A stretch of 59,468 bases of DNA, counting the filler, from Xylographa opegraphella (Eukaryota): NCBI GenBank assembly GCA_022813865.1. It is 3 parts of 3 records of this genome, joined end to end, with 100 filler letters (N's around TTAATTAATTAA, not from the genome) between each part and the next. Parts side by side here need not be neighbours in the genome. Positions count along the whole stretch, not along the records: positions 20,532 to 39,997 come from JALDZX010000140.1; positions 40,098 to 59,468 come from JALDZX010000141.1; 1 more part is not named here. One strand, 5' to 3'. Below are positions 37,405 to 48,784 of this stretch, one piece after another (within the stretch, counting starts at the first letter, position 1; the number at the start of each line of letters is the position of its first letter). A model generated the notes under the pieces. The model did not search any database. It worked only from the letters and a program-made list of their open reading frames with translations, and was not told the DNA's origin. A program made the translations under genes and the position numbers.

Positions 37405-37796
37405 TAATATATTATAATTGCAGATGATTAATCAGTGTAATACAATGCATAAGAAGCGTGATAATATTGTAAAAATTATGTAAATAACGTTAACTATATA
37501 AACTACTTTAAGGTTACGTAAAACTACGCATAATTATATATATATTATATAATTAAATATAATATTCGATCAGAATAATATTTAATTAATCAATTCGAGT
37601 ATTCGATTATCGATCAATAATAGGCTCGAAATAAAAAATATATATATTACAATAAATTTTTTTAAATTTTATAATCGTATAGCGATAAAATCTGTATTTA
37701 AAAATCAAAAATAATCGAAAATAATAATATTTATTCAATTTATAATAAGTATAAAATTCAAATAGTGGGCCATAAATGATAAAATATAATAAAAAC

Positions 37797-37979
37797 TGTT
37801 ACGGCTCATCAACTCACCACACAAGCACGCCTAGAACGTAAGCTGTAGGTGGACGATTTCAACCCAGATTAAGATGGAGAAGCGGTGAGGCTGCTCCATG
37901 GGCGAGACTATATACTAAAGGTGCTAGTCCTGATCCAGCCCGACCCCTATTACATGTGACTGATGTCATAGCCGTCACA
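37797..37979. mobile_element. LTR-like element, 183 bp, related to family B
   Basis: TGTTACGGC...GCCGTCACA termini. The first about 70 nt resemble 40920-40990. No clean TSD (AAAAC/ATAAT). Confidence 0.7.
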
Positions 37980-39120
37980 ATAATTGTGGTAAAATATACG
38001 TCGTAAAATCATATTCGAGCCGTAATTAATACGTTATTATTTATTTATTTGATTTTAATCCCTTTTCAAACTTTTTATATTAATATAAAATAGATTTTAA
38101 AACTCGATATTGAATTAAAAAATGCTTTTATTTTCGATTACGTTGAATAATGTTTGAAATAAACAATTTTATACGTTTTAAATTAATATAATTCTTTATA
38201 ATCGATCGTTTCGTAAAGTTTACGCCTGTTACGCGCTTAAGAAAAATCTGGATTCGATATCAAAAAATTTTTTAAACTCGATTCAAAATAAAAATTACGT
38301 TAAACGACTGTTAAAATAAATAATTTTTTACGATTTAAATATATATAATTTTTTATAATTAATTATTTCGCGAAGTTTTAATCGGCTATTTTACGTAAAA
38401 TTGAAATTACGTAATAAAGCGTTTACAAAATTTTATATTTAAATTTTTAGATTTTTTTTATATACATAAAAACGACGTTTATTACGCGTATTTAAAATTT
38501 CTTGCTAAAATATTCATATTATGAAGAGTAAAAACTTTGCGTTTTATTACGTTTCGTCGCTATTTTTTGTATTATAGTTATGTTTTTTACCCGCGTCTCG
38601 CGTATTTTTGGGCCAGTAGTTAATTTCTCTATCGAAATTAATAATAATTTTCAGTATTATGTAAAAATATACTGCCGCGCTGGGGGAAATATATTTTTAT
38701 ATATAAAAATTAAAGATTTTATACTATTTCTGCAAATTTGCTTTTTGCGTAAAAAAATATACTTTTTGATCGAATTTTCCATTTTCTTTTTTGTTAATGA
38801 AATATATTTTATTTTAATGAAAATAATAAAATAATAATTTATTTAAAAAATTAAAAATCACGTTTTAAAATTTTTAATTCGCTTGAAAAAAATGAAAAAT
38901 CTTTAAAAATAAATATTGATTAAATGAATGAAATGAATTAAATGAATTAATTTCAAGTAAATTTTCCATTAAACGTTCAAATTTTTTTATAAATATATAA
39001 TTAAATTAATATAAAAATTTAAATTTGTTAAAAGTTCAAAATTACGTTTTATATTCGTAAAATTATAATGTTAACGAATATTTACGAATAATATTCGTTA
39101 AATTTTAATTTTATAATTAT

Positions 39121-39321
39121 TTTGAGTTTAGTTTTAAGTTTAAGTTGAATTTAAGTTGAAGTTGAATTTGAATTTGAATTTAAGTTGAAGTTGAATTTGA
39201 ATTTGAATTTGAATTTGAATTTGAATTTGAATTTGAATTTGAATTTGAATTTGAATTTGAATTTGAATTTGAATTTGAATTTGAATTCAAATTCAAATTC
39301 AACTTCAACTTAAATTCAAAT
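39121..39321. repeat. (TTGAAT)n hexamer microsatellite that ends in its own reverse complement
   Basis: About 25 units, then TTCAAA/TTCAAC units after GAATTC at about 39283-39288. Confidence 0.85.
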
Positions 39322-39997
39322 TTTATTATTGATTTTAAAAACGTATCTTAAACGTATAAAATACTCGTGAAAAAATTAAAACTTATGATAAAACTGTTAA
39401 ATTTATTGCATAATTTCAATTTCAATTTTTTATCTATTTTTATAACGACTCGTAAAATTTTGAATTTTAAATCAATTTCCTTTTTGCTAATTTATATATT
39501 AACGCGATACATCGATTAATCGTAAAATTAAATTATTACTCAATTTATTATATCAGCGAAAAGGAAAAACGAAAATTCGATCAAAAAGTATACTTTTTGC
39601 GCAAAAAGCAGATTTGCAGAAATAGTATTAAAACCTTTAATTTTGCATACTCCTTGCGTATTCAATATATTCAGCACGTTCGGCACGTTTAGCAACTTTG
39701 TTATTAAATTAAAAAATTAAAAAACATCCCAAAATGATTAATTCGCTTAAATAACATATTTAAAAGTTATTAAAAATAAATAAAAGCTGATTAAGCAAAA
39801 AATATTTTTCGAATTTTTTGTTAAATCCCTTTAAGCAGGCCCCCTACTAAATTTATATAAATAACATAAATACGTAATTAGGTTAATTTTACGTAAAACA
39901 TTTAAATTCGTTAAAATATTTAAATTACGTTGTATATTCGTAAAGTTACAGCGTTAGCGAATATTTACGAATAATACTCGTTAATTTAAAACTTTAT

Positions 39998-40097
39998 NNN
40001 NNNNNNNNNNNNNNNNNNNNNNNNNNNNNNNNNNNNNNNNNTTAATTAATTAANNNNNNNNNNNNNNNNNNNNNNNNNNNNNNNNNNNNNNNNNNNN
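39998..40097. other. Artificial contig linker N44-TTAATTAATTAA-N44
   Basis: Same structure as 20432-20531. Confidence 0.95.
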
Positions 40098-40235
40098 CAT
40101 GAAAACATGAAAACATGAAAACATGAAAACATGAAAACATGAAAACATGAAAACATGAAAATCATGAAAAAATATGAAAAATGAAATATGAAAAAATCGA
40201 AAAATCAAAAAATCAAAAATCAAAAAATCAAAAAA
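40098..40235. repeat. (CATGAAAA)n octamer tandem repeat decaying into (AAAAATC)n
   Basis: About 8 perfect units at the contig start. Confidence 0.85.
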
Positions 40236-40919
40236 TAATAAAAAAAGTATTTCTGATTTTATAACTTTTTAATATACAACATTATTTCAATTTTTTAAAA
40301 AAACGTTTTGAAGGGCTCGAAACTGTAACTATAAATATAAATAAATTTTTATTAATTAAATATAAAGAAATTAAGAAGTATTTTTATTATTTTAAATTTA
40401 ATTATTTTTGAAAAATAATTAAAATAATAATTTAATCTAATTAATTATAATAATTTCAATTGAACAATTTACTTTTAAAAAACTTTAAATATATATATTA
40501 TATTGTAAATAAGTTATTTGCGATAATGTTTGAAAGATTTTATTATAATTAATGTATATAAAATATTTTAACAATATTGATTAAACCTTATTATTTATTG
40601 TTTTGTATAATATAATATTTATGTTTTCTGCAGTATAATTCTTTATATTTTATTAAATAATTAAATTTTAAATTTTAAACTAATGTTATTTTAATTTAAT
40701 AACTTATTGATTGTAATATTTTAATATTTTAGTATTTTATTATATATTTTTTATTTTTATTTTTATTATATATTTGATTTTCATTTATTTATACTTGGAT
40801 TTGACTTACTTTGAATTTAATTGGAATAATTATATAAATAATATATATATCATTAAAATAAAATTATTAAAAGATTAAATTAAATTATAAAAATATTATT
40901 AAATATTATGTTTAATTTT

Positions 40920-41167
40920 TGCTACGGCTCGCTATCTCACCAGAAAAGCAGGCCTAGAACCACAGCTATAGGTGAGCGATTTCAACCTAGAATAATACAA
41001 GGAAGCAAGTTTAGTAATACACGTAGAAGTCAAAATAAACAGTGCTAACGCCAAGACTCCTAACCGCTTTCGAACTAGCCTGAGTCCCGGACGCGCTTNA
41101 GTCCCGGACGCGCTTTAGTCCCGTTCCGTCTATCACTTGTTAAGGTGCCATGTAACACGCCGTTACA
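40920..41167. mobile_element. LTR, family B, about 230-250 bp
   Basis: TGCTACGGC...GCCGTTACA termini; matches 1-60. A single N with a duplicated 17-mer near 41099 suggests a join. Confidence 0.75.
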
Positions 41168-41810
41168 GTTACAATAATGTTTAAAAACAATATAAACGCT
41201 AGTTTATTATTAAATTAATAAAATTATTAAATTAACGTAATTATTTATTTAACGTAATTATTAATTTAATATAAATTATTGAATTAACGTAATTGTATAT
41301 AAAGAAGCTTTTTTTCTTAAAAAGAAAGCAACTTTCTTACGTATTTTAAATAAATAGTTCAATAAAGTACTGATTTCACCATCCTGATTCCACCCATTCA
41401 TTTCAACTATAATCGTAATTTTAATAATTTTGAATCGTTTCGTTTCTTTATTTTTTTGATTTAATGGTTATTTTTCGATTTTATTATAAAATATTACTGC
41501 GAAATATATATAATTTCATTACAAATCGAAATTGATTAAATTAATTATAAATTGTTAAAATATTTTTTAATATCGAATTTGTTTTACGAAAACGATTGAA
41601 TTAATAAAAATATTGATATAAATATTCAAATAATACGATCGTAACGATAAATATACGTTTTTAAATTTATTTTTTTAAATTTTAAATTCTTTATTTATAT
41701 AATTGTTAAATAAAATAAAATTTTCGATGAATCAATTTAATGATCGATTAAAACACAAAAATATATGAAATTTATTATTATTACTATTATATTAATTATT
41801 CGTATATTTT

Positions 41811-43135
41811 GCTAAAATATAATATTATATTATAATGTTTATCGTGTTTTTCAATATAAATTGAAATAATTAATAAATAAATAAATAATGGGATATAATA
41901 GATCAAAATCAATATATATATATTATTTTAATATAAAATATTGCGCACGGGTGAATTTGTGTACGAATAATAAATTCTTTTAAAAAACGAAAAAAATTTC
42001 GATTAAATTTAAATTTCGAAATCAATTTAATATATTAATTTTTATTTATATATTGATTATATTATCGTACGCTATACGAAATAATGATTAAATTCAATAT
42101 TTTAAATTAAATTCCGAATCGAATTAAATTAAATTAATATAATTTATAAATTTAATAAATTTAATTATATATACGCAAGAAACAAAAAAGGGATAATATT
42201 AATATTTATTGAAACTAATCACTAGGCACAGGTAATGGCAGCAGGTAACAGTGCATTGCTTAATCACTAAGAAGGTGAAGAGTTCTTCTGGAGACGGGGC
42301 TCCANNNNNNNNNNNNNNNNNNNNNACTAAGCTAGGCCTAATCGGCTATAGTAAAGGACCAACAACACAGACTGCTAACGCCCTGATTTTCAACAATATT
42401 TAAATTTTTTAAATTGTAATTTTTTAAAAAATAGCTTCGTTTAATAAATTGAACCTGTCGATTTATAAATTTAATTAAAAATATACATTAAGTTTTCTTA
42501 ATACCTAGGGTTTGTTAAAGTATATATTTAAAAATTTTCAATTATATTTATGAAGCGCGAAAGAAGCGTTGCTAAAATATAATATTATATTTTAATGTTT
42601 ATTGTGTTTTTCAATATAAATTGAAATAATTAATAAACAATGGAGTACAATAAATCAAAATCAAAATATATATATACATATTATTTTAATATAAAATATT
42701 GCGCACTGGTAAATTTGTGTACGAATAATAAATTCTTTTAAAAAATAAAAAAATTTCGATTAAATTTAAATTTCGAAATCAATTTAATATATTAAATTTT
42801 ATTTATATATTAATTATATTATCGTACGCTATACGAAATAATAATTGAATGCGATATTTTAAATTAAACTTCGAATTGAATTGAATTAATTCGATATAAT
42901 TTATAAGTTTAATAAATTTAATTATATATACGCAAGAAATAAAAAAGGGATATTATTAATATTTAAACCCTTTTAACCGTAATCTTGAAAAAGAGTTAAT
43001 TTCGTTTAATGAATTGAACCTGTCGACTTGCAGACTTAGTTAAAGGTATACACCAAGCTTTCTCAATATACAGGGTTTGTCGAAGTGTATGCCTAAGAAT
43101 TTTCAGTCACATTTACGGAGCGCGAAAGGAGCGTT
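41811..43135. repeat. Tandem duplication of about 565 bp (41811-42570, which includes an LTR insertion, and 42571-43135) covering the CSN4 last exon and 3' flank
   Basis: Both units start GCTAAAATATAATATTATAT and end AGCGCGAAAG(A/G)AGCGTT; colinear throughout. Confidence 0.9.
42207..42395. mobile_element. Solo LTR, family C, about 189 bp, with 5-bp TSD ATATT
   Basis: TATTGAAA (mutated TGTTGAAA)...TTTCAACA. ATATT at 42202-42206 and 42396-42400. The paralogous empty site has a single ATATT at 42959-42963. Confidence 0.88.
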
Positions 43136-44399
43136 TCGACAATACCGTAAATGTTGACTGTAAAAGAGACGACACCCTCTCGACATCCTCGGCCAATCCC
43201 TGTACATTTCTGTCCCATCTTCGCACGCCATGATCTCTAGCGATGATCGCTTCGTTGACGGTCCCCTTATTTCCGGTCCCCTTATTTCCGGTCCCTTCCT
43301 GTCCACCGAAGAAGATGACACCACCAATCTGGTCGATTCTCCCGAACAGGCGCCGCTGCTCGAGCATCCGAGCAGCATATTCTTCAGACTTTGCCGCAGT
43401 AAGGCCAAGCAGATTGCCCAGTTCAACCACGCCGATGTTGTTGTAAAGCCGTGAAGTACCCAAGAGATTGTGTTCGATGACTGCCTTAGCAAGCACAGTG
43501 GAACCATCTGCTGTCTGTGCCAGCTGATGCGGCGCTAGCTTCTTTGCAAAGCTCGTTACCTCCTCTGGAGAGATCAGTCGATCGAGAAACATTTTCTCTA
43601 GGATGCCATATTCGTCGAGCTCGACGGCTCGCTCATCTTTGAAGAGTTTTCCCAAAGCTCGGGAACGTTGTGGTCCAGCTGGTGCTAGGACTGCACATAC
43701 GATAGCCTTGGATAAAGCATATGCTCGCTCTTGTTCGACTAATGCAAGTGAAAGACTAAACCCGTGGTAGGCCTGACTGGCTTCTAGGAATTTGCGCCGA
43801 GAATCTAGTATTCTTGCTTGTGACAACTGAAACATCAAATTAAGCTCGTTGTCCTCAATTTTGTAGAGTACATTCTTTGCCCGGTTCAGGTAGCTCTCTG
43901 CGCTTGTGGTGTCGTCTTCTTCTAAGTAAAGGCGACATATACGAATCCATGTCCGAACTTTCACTTCGTCAGGAATCTTGCGCTGCGAAGATTCCAACTG
44001 AAGACCCTGTAGAATTTTCGCAGCTTCCACATAATCCCCCTGATCTTGGAACGCATCTGCCAGAATCTCTCTGATGGAGGCATCTTGCTCCTCGAAAGAA
44101 ACAACACGTGACTGCAACGCTTCCAAAGCATACCGCCCAGACTCGATTTTCAGTTCCGGAGTTGAAACACCTTCGATAGCATTCACATACGCTCCTAGAA
44201 GTGGCCTGGCAGCTACAATGCCCAGGGTGTCCCCAAGGACCGAGTCGATAAAAGCAGACAGATTTGCTAGGAACTCATCCGAAGACGATTCGGTAGTTAT
44301 CTGTTCAAGAAGTCTGCGATACCCTGTAGATTTATCTGCTATAGGTGTGACAGGGCTCTCTAGCTGCGCTAAACAGGACAGAACTACCGAAGAAGCCAT
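43063..44399 (-). CDS. CSN4: COP9 signalosome subunit 4 (PCI domain), with a short terminal exon
   Basis: SRVVSFEEQ, VLAPAGPQRSRALG, ADGSTVLAKAVIEHNLL, GRIDQI. A predicted intron 43093-43145 (GTATTG...CTTAG) gives a last exon AYTSTNPVY*; unspliced, the stop is at 43113. Confidence 0.9.
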
Positions 44400-45161
44400 T
44401 CAACCAGCTCTAGGGTATTCAGCCCCTGTATAGGATTAGAAGTGGCAAAGAAGTCCTAGGATATCATATAGCTTACTTGGATCTTGATACTAAGTGCTGA
44501 TATCCTTGATGGTAGCTTGTCTGAGCGTGTATTTAATGATCGATTTTACCTGCGTGGGTCCTTTGGTTGTTGCAGCTGCTGTAGCGCAGTGCCGTCCGCT
44601 TATATTGTTGTATGAATCATGGTTTTCTGACCAAGAATACCTGTATTGTATTTCTATAATTGAATGCTGAGGATTTAAGCAGTATGCACAGATCACCAGT
44701 TGTCTGATGAATGATTAGTGCATAAAATTAATATTTTGTTGGTGACGCCAACACATGAATTAAGTTATTGTTTACAACTGCACTATCGCTATGCACGTGC
44801 TTAGGACGTCTTCTGTCGTCAATATTCTCCAAATAATCCTGTTCATATCAACCTCGTGTACCAATTTCGATGTGCCTCTCAGAATAGAAAGACTACAAAT
44901 TGTTACTGGGCGCCATTATTATGGTGGAGGTATTGTGCATGAAATCGTTAACAACGACCCCCATTAAGGTATTTACACCGTTATTTTGAATATAGACAGT
45001 AGATGTTAGAACAGACTGCAAAGGACTCATGGAATTTTAGACCAATGGTCGGAGCTCTCGTCTGTCGGAAACGTAAACTGCGTTCTGTTCTACCAACTCG
45101 AGATCTCTTTCACGCGCCTTCGTATCTTATGCCGCCCAGAACGTCCGTGACCAATGCCGGT

Positions 45162-46507
45162 TTATCCAGGCATAACGTCCTCTAACTGCATATTCTCGTC
45201 ATCGTCTGAATGCATACCGTCACCGGTATCAGAGGTACCATCAATATTATACCCATTGTCAGGGGCTACCCTGTCTAGTGCCTGATCGTAGGCTAACGCA
45301 CCTGCGTATGAGCCGATTTGGTATTCCTGTTTTAGCTGCCACGTCATGGCATGTGTTCCTTGTCTAACGAGATGTGCCACTTTTTCGAGTGTCTGCTTCA
45401 AGTACGCTTCAGGCTGATTAACCTCTGCTTTGAGTGACTTCAGTGGCCAGTAATTGTATCGCTTGAAGCAATCCAGAATTAGATCCACAAGTTCATTCTG
45501 TGGCATTCGTGCAGCCTTGGCTTCTTGGGCTTTACCACGCTGAGTGCCAGAGGTTTTCTATCACGGATTTAGTGCAGTGCTAGTTTAGCACAAATGGGAC
45601 GACTCACAATGAAGTTGTTGAAGCTTCCTGGGGCTCCCAACGTTCCGGGAGCAAGCAGATTGCCGGCATGAGACGAAGCGAGGCCGGGCAAGAGTTGGGT
45701 CTCTCGTTTTGCTGTCAAAGCCTGTCGTGTTCTCTGATCCATAAGTTCTCGATACTCTTGAGTTTCCACCGGAAGACAGTTCAGCTCCATCTGTACCTTT
45801 CCAGCTAGCGATGTTTTCTCTAGAGCAAAAGGATTCATTAGCTAGATCTCGATTTAGCCTTCGTAAATACACTACCCACTGGGTATTGCTTTCTTGTAAT
45901 ACGGCTGCCATTTCACGTTCTTATCAAGCTTTGAAGATGCCAGTCTGCCACGATCCTGAAACCCTAGACGGGGGGCTACCTGCGAAAAGGGCATTGATGC
46001 ACTGTCTTGGCTATATTTTGTGGAAATTCTAGATTTGCCGACATAGCCAGGGAGGTTTTTCTCTGTAAAGACGAAGGTATTCGGAGGAGTCCAATTCTGT
46101 ATTTGCATGTTGTATTCCTTGGGGACATTATGACTGATGCCCAAGGTGGAGGATAGCAGAAGACTCATCTAAAGAATCTTAGTTGAAGTACAACAATGTG
46201 GGGAGCCACGCCACACTCTTTTTGGATTATCAAGATCACCTTCAACTCTCATAGTGCCTAAATGGATTTCAGTATCGTCATCCATTTGGGACCACGAAGT
46301 CCACAAAAATTTTGGTAATCTTGTTAGAAAGATATGTTGTTTAGAACTGGTGAAATCTAGGTCTCCAGCATCTTCGTAAATGTCTTCCTCGAACTGAGGT
46401 CCGGTCGATAAAACATCAAACTCAGCCTTGGGATTGATGTCAGGCTCGATGCTTTGTCCATGCTCCATCTTGATTAGGGGCCCATCTCCGTTCGAATCGA
46501 GAGCCAT
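45162..46507 (-). CDS. TFG2: Transcription initiation factor IIF beta subunit (multi-exon)
   Basis: DIYEDAGDLDF, VPKEYNM, NTFVFTEKNLPG, PYYKKAIP, AARMPQNELVDL, QPEAYLKQTLE. Confidence 0.9.
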
Positions 46508-46573
46508 GTCACACACGACCGACTACTAAATGGCTAGCGAGTAGATTCTAATTCCGTAGTTTGGGACAATGAT

Positions 46574-46626
46574 ATCCGCAAAAAACTGGGCAGCTCATCC
46601 GCAAAAAACTGGGCAGCTCATCCGCA
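46574..46626. repeat. 23-bp direct tandem repeat (2.3 copies) in the divergent TFG2/CCCH promoter
   Basis: ATCCGCAAAAAACTGGGCAGCTC twice, then ATCCGCA. Confidence 0.85.
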
Positions 46627-46848
46627 CGGGCATGGAGAGGGAGAAGTGCATGTGAAGAAGGAACCTTTTTCCTTTGAAAGACCCCCGGTCGTGGCCTAGC
46701 GCGATATATTCACTTCTTTTAAATACACGTTCACTAGTCTCGCGGTCATACGCAACCACAGGTTTTCAAGTCTAGCTACGGAGTACCTTCACTTCTAATT
46801 TTCTAAATCTTGAAAACATTAATTTTCACTGATAACGTTATGCTCAGA

Positions 46849-48536
46849 ATGTCTGAAGACAAACAGCTTCTGGGTCGAATCGCAGATCTTGCTGGTGAGC
46901 AAACTTAAGGAGCCACAAATAATTCACTACTTAGCTGTTAATTTTAGGTCAGATCAACCATCGCAAGGTCCAATTTCCGTTCAGCTCAGATTCGACTTGG
47001 CCGCGCCGTCACTCGATATCACGAGTGGACTGCGGATCTTTAAATCCGATGCTCTCTGACCCTGTAATACGAGGTCTGCAACGATTTCAAAGCAGAGGGC
47101 GGAATAACAAAACTGGTCCGCGTCCGCACCATCACCGCTCTCTTGTGCTCAAAAACACCGTGCCAGCATCCAATTCACCCGCAACATCTTTTGATTCGTC
47201 GCTCGATGTGAAGAGAGATAAAGCCCTGGATGAGGGTGAGACTGCAGATGGTCAGCCATGTACCACAGCCACCTGGATTTCAAAAAGAGACCGCCATATG
47301 CAGCTCATCAATTCTTCGATCTACAACAAGGAGACAAACGTTCGTCAGCAAGCAATTGACAAAACGCGTCATGAACAGGCCTTACGAAGGAATCAGCGGG
47401 AAATGGTCAAAATTCGCAAACACCTCCGAAGGATTGCTGATAGTACAGCGCCTACATCGGTATACCACTCGGCGAAAGAAAATACCTCAGTCTACGAAGT
47501 AATCATAAATGGCCTCAGGTTTCAAGTCTTGAAAGGTGGCAGCAAGCTTCTGCGTACCCTAGGTCCGTATGTGTTTTCTAGTTGATTTTTCAATCTGACG
47601 TCCGATGCAGGCATTACCGGGCTCGCTGGCTCGACGCCAAAACAAGCAGTCGTTGGTGGTGTAACATTTCTCCGTAGTAAGAATGGCAATCTCTACCGGG
47701 AAGGTCTTGTCAGAGCTATGAGGTGGGCACATGCAAAGGCGCTGTGGCACGCGTTATGAATATGTCTGACATATGTTAGGAGATCTGGAACTGCCAAGAA
47801 AATTCTTGAACCATGCAAACGGTTCACCACAACTGGTACCATTTTCTTGACCTTGCAGATCATTACTTGCCTTTCAAAATTTACCGGGGTTCCCGGTTTA
47901 GCTTATTGTTCTGAATCATGCTAACTTGGGATGATGTTTCTAGGTCGATGTTCCAAAGGTCCTCTCTGTATCTATATCCACGACCCACGAAAAGTTGCGA
48001 TTTGCCCCACTTTCCTTCAACGTGGAGACTGCCCTGCTAGTCAACGTTGCGATCTTTCGCATGATCTCACTCCTGAACGAGTTCCCGCTTGTTTACATTT
48101 TCTACGTGGTAGATGTTCGAAGCCTACATGTCGTTATTCACACGTTCGCGTCAACCCGTCTGCCGTAATATGCAGGAACTTTGCAATTTTCGGGTATTGC
48201 GCGAACGGCGCAGGTTGTCAAGAGCGCCACGTCGTTGAATGCCCCGATTATGCTAGTACAGGCAAATGCCGCAGGATGAAGTGCCACTTACCCCACGTCG
48301 ATCGAGCTGGACAGATTAGGCACTATGCTACTCACAATGTCACTGGCAGCCCTAACAGTTCGCCGCAGCGTTCTGTCGACGGTGGACAGAGTGATGTCTC
48401 CAGTGCGGAGGAAGACCTCGACGAAATCGACAGTGATGACGTCGACTCTGAAGGATGGGACGACGACGAGGCTTTTGTCCCGAATCATCGAAGCACTGTG
48501 TCTCTCGAGCAGCAGCATGACTTTATCGGCTTCTAG
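46849..48536 (+). CDS. Multi-CCCH zinc finger protein (ZC3H3/Red5-like; multi-exon)
   Basis: MSEDKQLLGRIADLAG/QINH start, WISKRDRHMQLINS, VGGVTFLRSKNGNL, five C-x7/8-C-x4/5-C-x3-H fingers, acidic tail ending QQHDFIGF. Confidence 0.85.
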
Positions 48537-48726
48537 CGAGTCACGCTTCTTACACTGGGTGTATCTACTCATGTTACTTCGCCGTGACAGTCAGGCCCAT
48601 GGGGCATCGTGTTCCCATATTCGTTGCGTTTAAGAACACGCCCGAGCGGTGCAGTGGGATAGGTGGATGTATTTGGCACTGTGCTCAAAGCTGACGCCTC
48701 TTAGCTGCCATTGATGAAAGGCATAG

Positions 48727-48784
48727 AGTAGCCAATTAATAGTAGCCAATCAATAGTAGCCAATTAATAGTAACCAATTAATAG
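48727..48784. repeat. 14-bp tandem repeat (AGTAGCCAATTAAT) x4, each unit containing CCAAT
   Basis: Directly visible in the sequence. Confidence 0.8.

Larger units (their letters stand above)
37405..42990. repeat. Large AT-rich RIP-degraded island (nested TE relics, microsatellites, contig linker)
   Basis: Extreme AT content, surviving C/G biased to CpG, embedded LTRs. Confidence 0.85.

Noticed and set aside
38580..38834. F/I/K/N-rich ORFs in AT islands (also 22121-22384 and 58311-58652)
   Set aside because: Compositional artefacts of RIP-like DNA with no recognisable domain.
37405..42990. AT-rich blocks as mitochondrial insertions or foreign DNA
   Set aside because: No organellar genes, tRNAs or rRNA are recognisable. 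Paired copies show transition-driven decay and embedded LTRs, which fits RIP.
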